Source: Patescibacteria group bacterium | Lineage (GTDB): Bacteria; Patescibacteriota; Patescibacteriia; SG8-24; DYFX01 | Assembly: GCA_041659045.1 (NCBI GenBank) | Contig: JBAZZB010000001.1 | Span: 70,111 to 134,110 of the forward strand | Length of the DNA stretch: 64,000 nucleotides | Direction of reading: 5' to 3' | Part shown: piece by piece, positions 60,210-64,000 of the stretch | Layout: every line of letters begins with the position of its first letter | How positions within the stretch are numbered: position 1 is the first letter of the stretch | Notes under the pieces: generated by a model | The model's database searches: none | What the model saw: only the letters and a program-made list of their open reading frames with translations | What the model was told of the DNA's origin: nothing | Translations under genes and position numbers: made by a program

Positions 60210-61259
60210 CTATTCGACCGTCGCGTGTCCGCCGCGGTTCGCTCCGATTACGACGTACCATACCTGCCCCTCCGCAAAGGGGATTTTTTGCCCTTCGTCA
60301 TTCAGAACCGTCGTCGGCTCGCTCGCGGATGTTTTTTTCCACGTACCGGAGAGCATTAAGCCGTCTCGAAAGACGCTTGCGGTTCCCGCTCCGATTGTCT
60401 GTAAGCCGATCAATCCTTTGCTGTGAGGGTCGGGGACGGTGAGCACGTCCATTTCAAGAACGACAACGGTACGAGGAGCGATCGCTGAACCGTCACGATC
60501 GCGCATCTGATGATTCCGTCTCCAAAGTGTGTAGCCGTCCTCTTTTATGTCCTCGCGGAATTCGATGGCTTCGCCTCCTTCGATGGGGATGATGCTGATG
60601 CGCGTCGCGGGCGTGCCTGTCGCGGCCTCACGACTCCGCGCCGTCGTATCAATCGCCTCTGTTGTTGTTGACCACCCCTTCTTTTCCATTAACTGGTTGA
60701 GCCGCAGGTTCGAAGTATACGTGTTGTGCGGAGCGTCTCTGCGCGAGTCGCGCCAGAACGTTGAGCCATTGTTGAATTCGTTGGCGTCGTCGAGTCCGAG
60801 CGTGCCGGCGGAGAGTTGCGCGAGCGCTTCGTCGCTGCCGCCGACATGCGCGTAGACAGCATCAAATTCGCGCGCCCAGCGCAAGAAATACGGGCGAGCG
60901 CTTCGTACGGGTCCGATCTCCGTCGTACTGGCGCTGCGGAAGATCAGCATGTTGCGTGTGAGTCCGCCTTCCACCGGAGCTTCCCAAACCACGTCGGCTT
61001 TCGAAACGCCAGATTGCGGCCGCGCATTCGGATGATTGTCGACCATGATCGCGACGGGGCGTGTGTGGTCGATGATGCGTTCTGGCTCAGGTACGGGCGG
61101 GGATGGCAGCGTAACGGGCGCGAGCGATCCTCGAACCCAGAGCGTGATCAAGCCTTCTCGCGCAAAAATATATCCCGAGAATTGCAGGAGAGGAACGCAG
61201 AGAAGGCCGAAGAGCAAGCCCGCAAAACCGATAAATTCTTTTTGTGTGAAGCGTCTCAT
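60210..61259 (-). CDS. DUF3048 domain protein
   Basis: RPVAIMVDNHPNARPQSG, EAPVEGGLTR, GPVRSARPY, APHNTY. Confidence 0.92.
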   Translation of the reverse strand: MRRFTQKEFIGFAGLLFGLLCVPLLQFSGYIFAREGLITLWVRGSLAPVTLPSPPVPEPERIIDHTRPVAIMVDNHPNARPQSGVSKADVVWEAPVEGGLTRNMLIFRSASTTEIGPVRSARPYFLRWAREFDAVYAHVGGSDEALAQLSAGTLGLDDANEFNNGSTFWRDSRRDAPHNTYTSNLRLNQLMEKKGWSTTTEAIDTTARSREAATGTPATRISIIPIEGGEAIEFREDIKEDGYTLWRRNHQMRDRDGSAIAPRTVVVLEMDVLTVPDPHSKGLIGLQTIGAGTASVFRDGLMLSGTWKKTSASEPTTVLNDEGQKIPFAEGQVWYVVIGANRGGHATVE

Positions 61260-61366
61260 GCCCACATCGTAACCTTTACGATGGGCGATTGACAATCGGT
61301 TTTTTTCTTGATGGAGTGTGCGCAGGTCATTTCGACCGCGCTAACCCTTCACCGAGGAGACATCCC

Positions 61367-62938
61367 ATGCCGAAGCTCGTAAAAGCGACGCTTGTCATGA
61401 GCGACCACCACCTCGGCGAGGGGAAGCCTAAGCTCGAGGATTTTCCGTCTGAGAACGAAAAGGCATATCTCGAGATGCTCGAGGCGCACTTGCGCATCAT
61501 CGGTCCGGACAGTGAATACGTGCACGTGATCGGTGGCGACTGGCTCGATCACCACGCGGTTGAATTCGAGGGCCGGTACGGAATTTTTCCGACGGAAGAA
61601 GCCGCGCTTGCCAAGACGCAAGCGATCATCAACGCGCACCGCGCGCACTTCGATGGCTTGGGCCAGCTGGCCGGATGCTATCCGTCGCTCGTCTTTCGAA
61701 TCGTCATCGGCAATCACGATCTCGACCTCTCGTGGGAGAGTGTGCAGTCGATGATTCGCGCCGCGCTCGTTCCTGCGGAAGAAGCGCACCGCGTGACGTT
61801 TCATCGCGAAGTACGCATCGCCGAGTCAGTGTTGTTCTGTCATGGCGACCAGTTCGATCCGTTTTCGGCGAATCCGCCGGAAGAGGAAACGTTCAAGGAC
61901 GACGTGATGATCAGCCGCAAGGTTATGCTGCTCATGCTGCTGCTTTCGCTTGTGCTCTCCGGTGCGCTGACGGGCGTCATGTTCGCCATCTTGCCGTATA
62001 CGTTCGCGGGTATCGCCGTCGGCAGCATCTTTTCTTTCTTCGTGCTGTTCCTCATGTTCCGTTGGATCGCCGGACACCTGGCGTTTCGTTGGGGGAGCGC
62101 GAAAAGAGTCTTGAACGTGCCGATCGCTTCGCACATGAACGCCGGGCTCGGCACGAAGCTCAAGAAGTGGTTCTTTCACGGGATTGGTCGGCGCGTCGAT
62201 CACGGCGACGAGTGGATTCTCGGTGTCGCTGAAAAGTGGTACGCCTTGCCGATTCTCTTGCCGATGATCGCGCTTGAAGTCATTGCGCTCAAGTTCTTCT
62301 ATCTGTTCCGGCGCCCGCGCGAGCGATTCAATCCGAGCTTGATGCTCGACTTGCTTGCTTCGACGATGCACGCCGATCGCATTGAGAAAGAGCTGAACGC
62401 GTTTTTGGCGGAACGTCCCGAAGTGTGCCACTTGATCGCGGGGCATACTCACGACGGCAAGATGGTTACGGTTGAGAACGGTGACCGCACGGTCATCTAT
62501 TACAACTCCGGAACGGCAATCCGTCAGATGCGCACCTTCAAGCCTGAAGTGCGTGCCGTAACGGCTTGGCCGAAGGTTGAAACGTTTTTCCGACGCGTGC
62601 TGTACTACTGGCTGCACGCGCCTTGGAAGGCGGTGGGATCAACGCTGGCATACGCCTTCTTTCCGGTCGCGATCTTCATGCTGCCGGAGCTGCCTGTCCT
62701 CACGACGCTCCGTTGGCCGATCGCGTTCGTCGCGCTCTTCCTTCTGCTGTGGTGGCAATTCGCCGCCGAGTATCGAGAGGGCCACTTCTTCCGCTTCACG
62801 CCTCCGGAAGTGCTCGAGTACGACGATGGTTCGGTGCGCGTACGTATTCTGCAATACGATCATGAAACCCGGCGCTTCCTTCTTCTGACCGGAGAAGATG
62901 CTTCGTGGGATCATTACACGGAAGGTTTAGTCGGTTGA
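61367..62938 (+). CDS. metallophosphoesterase with internal transmembrane insertions
   Basis: SDHHLG, GGDWLD, GNHD, HGDQFD, AGHTH, YYNSG, with hydrophobic hairpins between and after the motifs. TTGACA at 61289, GAGGA RBS. Confidence 0.85.
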   Translation: MPKLVKATLVMSDHHLGEGKPKLEDFPSENEKAYLEMLEAHLRIIGPDSEYVHVIGGDWLDHHAVEFEGRYGIFPTEEAALAKTQAIINAHRAHFDGLGQLAGCYPSLVFRIVIGNHDLDLSWESVQSMIRAALVPAEEAHRVTFHREVRIAESVLFCHGDQFDPFSANPPEEETFKDDVMISRKVMLLMLLLSLVLSGALTGVMFAILPYTFAGIAVGSIFSFFVLFLMFRWIAGHLAFRWGSAKRVLNVPIASHMNAGLGTKLKKWFFHGIGRRVDHGDEWILGVAEKWYALPILLPMIALEVIALKFFYLFRRPRERFNPSLMLDLLASTMHADRIEKELNAFLAERPEVCHLIAGHTHDGKMVTVENGDRTVIYYNSGTAIRQMRTFKPEVRAVTAWPKVETFFRRVLYYWLHAPWKAVGSTLAYAFFPVAIFMLPELPVLTTLRWPIAFVALFLLLWWQFAAEYREGHFFRFTPPEVLEYDDGSVRVRILQYDHETRRFLLLTGEDASWDHYTEGLVG

Positions 62939-63017
62939 CGCTCTCGCCACATCGTTCACGAACGACGTGGCGGGGGCTTTTCTTTTTGGTCTTTTCCGGC
63001 TACCCTTGGCACAGACT

Positions 63018-63587
63018 ATGAAAAACGAAAGCTTTCTTCTGCACCTGAAGGTCGAACACGAAACGTTCGACGTGGCGCGTCGCGAAATTATTGGCGCGGC
63101 ATCCAAAGCGCAAAGCGCTTCCAAGCGCGCTATTTTTGCCGTGCTGCGCGAAGATGAGGCTGGTGCCAAGGCGCTTTTGGCCGAGGCAGAGGACGCTTTT
63201 GAGACGATTCGAGCGAAAGTGGAAAGGAATTCCCGCTTGGCACATGAAGGCTCGTATCGAGCTGCGCTCGAGGAGTACGCGGAAGCGCGGTTCATTGCGC
63301 AGATCGCGTGGAAAGGCGAAACGGTCGCTCTTGAAGGATTGGATGAAGAGACGCAAATCGCCGGACTCTGTGATGCGGTTGGCGAGACCGTGCGGCTCAT
63401 GACGTATTACGTCACTTCCGGTCGCGACGCTGAAGCGCGCGAACTGAAAACGCGGCTCGATCGCCTTGTTGCTGGACTCGACACGATGGAATACTCCGGC
63501 TATCTTCGCACGAAATACGATCAGGCGCGCTCGCATTATCGGAAAGCCGAAGACATCTTGTATGAGCTTTCCCTTCGCGGACGGTAA
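63018..63587 (+). CDS. translin/TRAX-like protein
   Basis: RREII, SKRAIF, LEEYAEA, GLCDAVGE, LRTKYD. Confidence 0.8.
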   Translation: MKNESFLLHLKVEHETFDVARREIIGAASKAQSASKRAIFAVLREDEAGAKALLAEAEDAFETIRAKVERNSRLAHEGSYRAALEEYAEARFIAQIAWKGETVALEGLDEETQIAGLCDAVGETVRLMTYYVTSGRDAEARELKTRLDRLVAGLDTMEYSGYLRTKYDQARSHYRKAEDILYELSLRGR

Positions 63588-64000
63588 TACGCGAAGCGTG
63601 GCAGCGATCGTGCCGGCGCTGAACGAAGAAAAAACAGTCGGCGATGTCGTGCGCGTGCTGAAGGCATCGAAGTCGATTGGCGAGGTGGTTGTTGTCGACG
63701 ACGGTTCTGTTGATCGAACGTCTGAGGAAGCGAAGAGAGCCGGTGCGCGCGTCGTGCGTCTTGATCATAATGTCGGCAAGGGTGGCGCGCTGCTTGCTGG
63801 CGCGCAAGCGACAACTGCTGGTATCTTTTTTTTCTGCGACGCCGATTTTATCGGACTGACTCCGGCGCATGTTGAACGTTTGCTTGCGCCAGTGAAGGAG
63901 GGGCGTCTCGTCATGTGCGCCGGACTTCGCGATCGCGGCCCGCTCGTGACGCGGGTTATTGCGCACCTGCCTCTGCTTTCCGGCGAACGCGCCCTTGAAC
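63562..64000 (+). CDS. glycosyltransferase family 2 (partial, runs off the window end)
   Basis: VAAIVPALNEE, VVVDDGS, NVGKGGA, FFCDAD. Start is ATG 63562 or GTG 63598. Confidence 0.88.
   Translation, partial: MSFPFADGNTRSVAAIVPALNEEKTVGDVVRVLKASKSIGEVVVVDDGSVDRTSEEAKRAGARVVRLDHNVGKGGALLAGAQATTAGIFFFCDADFIGLTPAHVERLLAPVKEGRLVMCAGLRDRGPLVTRVIAHLPLLSGERALE

Overview
This 64 kb window is chromosomal DNA from a high-GC, gene-dense bacterium using the standard code (UGA = stop). The gene repertoire points to Patescibacteria/CPR (inference): lower glycolysis with tandem gpmI, NDH-2, translin-like, DUF3048 and C39-like proteins, and a short EF-Ts. Core genes include gyrB, rodA, rplY, prmC, prfA, rpmE, rpsB-tsf, gap-pgk-eno-gpmI x2, tgt, queA, mutM, nth, manC, mltG, pcrA/uvrD, metK and tRNA-Lys(UUU). 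Many orphan or accessory genes sit between them. The two classes differ in architecture. Many core genes have a -10 box only 6-9 nt before the ATG and look leaderless, whereas accessory genes usually have a GGAGG Shine-Dalgarno and often their own TTGACA promoter and terminator. There are two best candidates for undescribed systems. (1) 51563-56030 holds a DHH phosphoesterase and a CYTH gene on overlapping divergent promoters, followed by a leader-peptide/terminator element and two paralogous HTH-metallophosphoesterases, one intact and one that has lost most metal ligands. (2) 33713-35788 is an operon of four divergent ~160-170 aa orphan paralogs wedged between tgt and queA. No integrase, transposase or CRISPR array was seen. 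All family calls come from motif recognition by eye, and start codons were refined manually.
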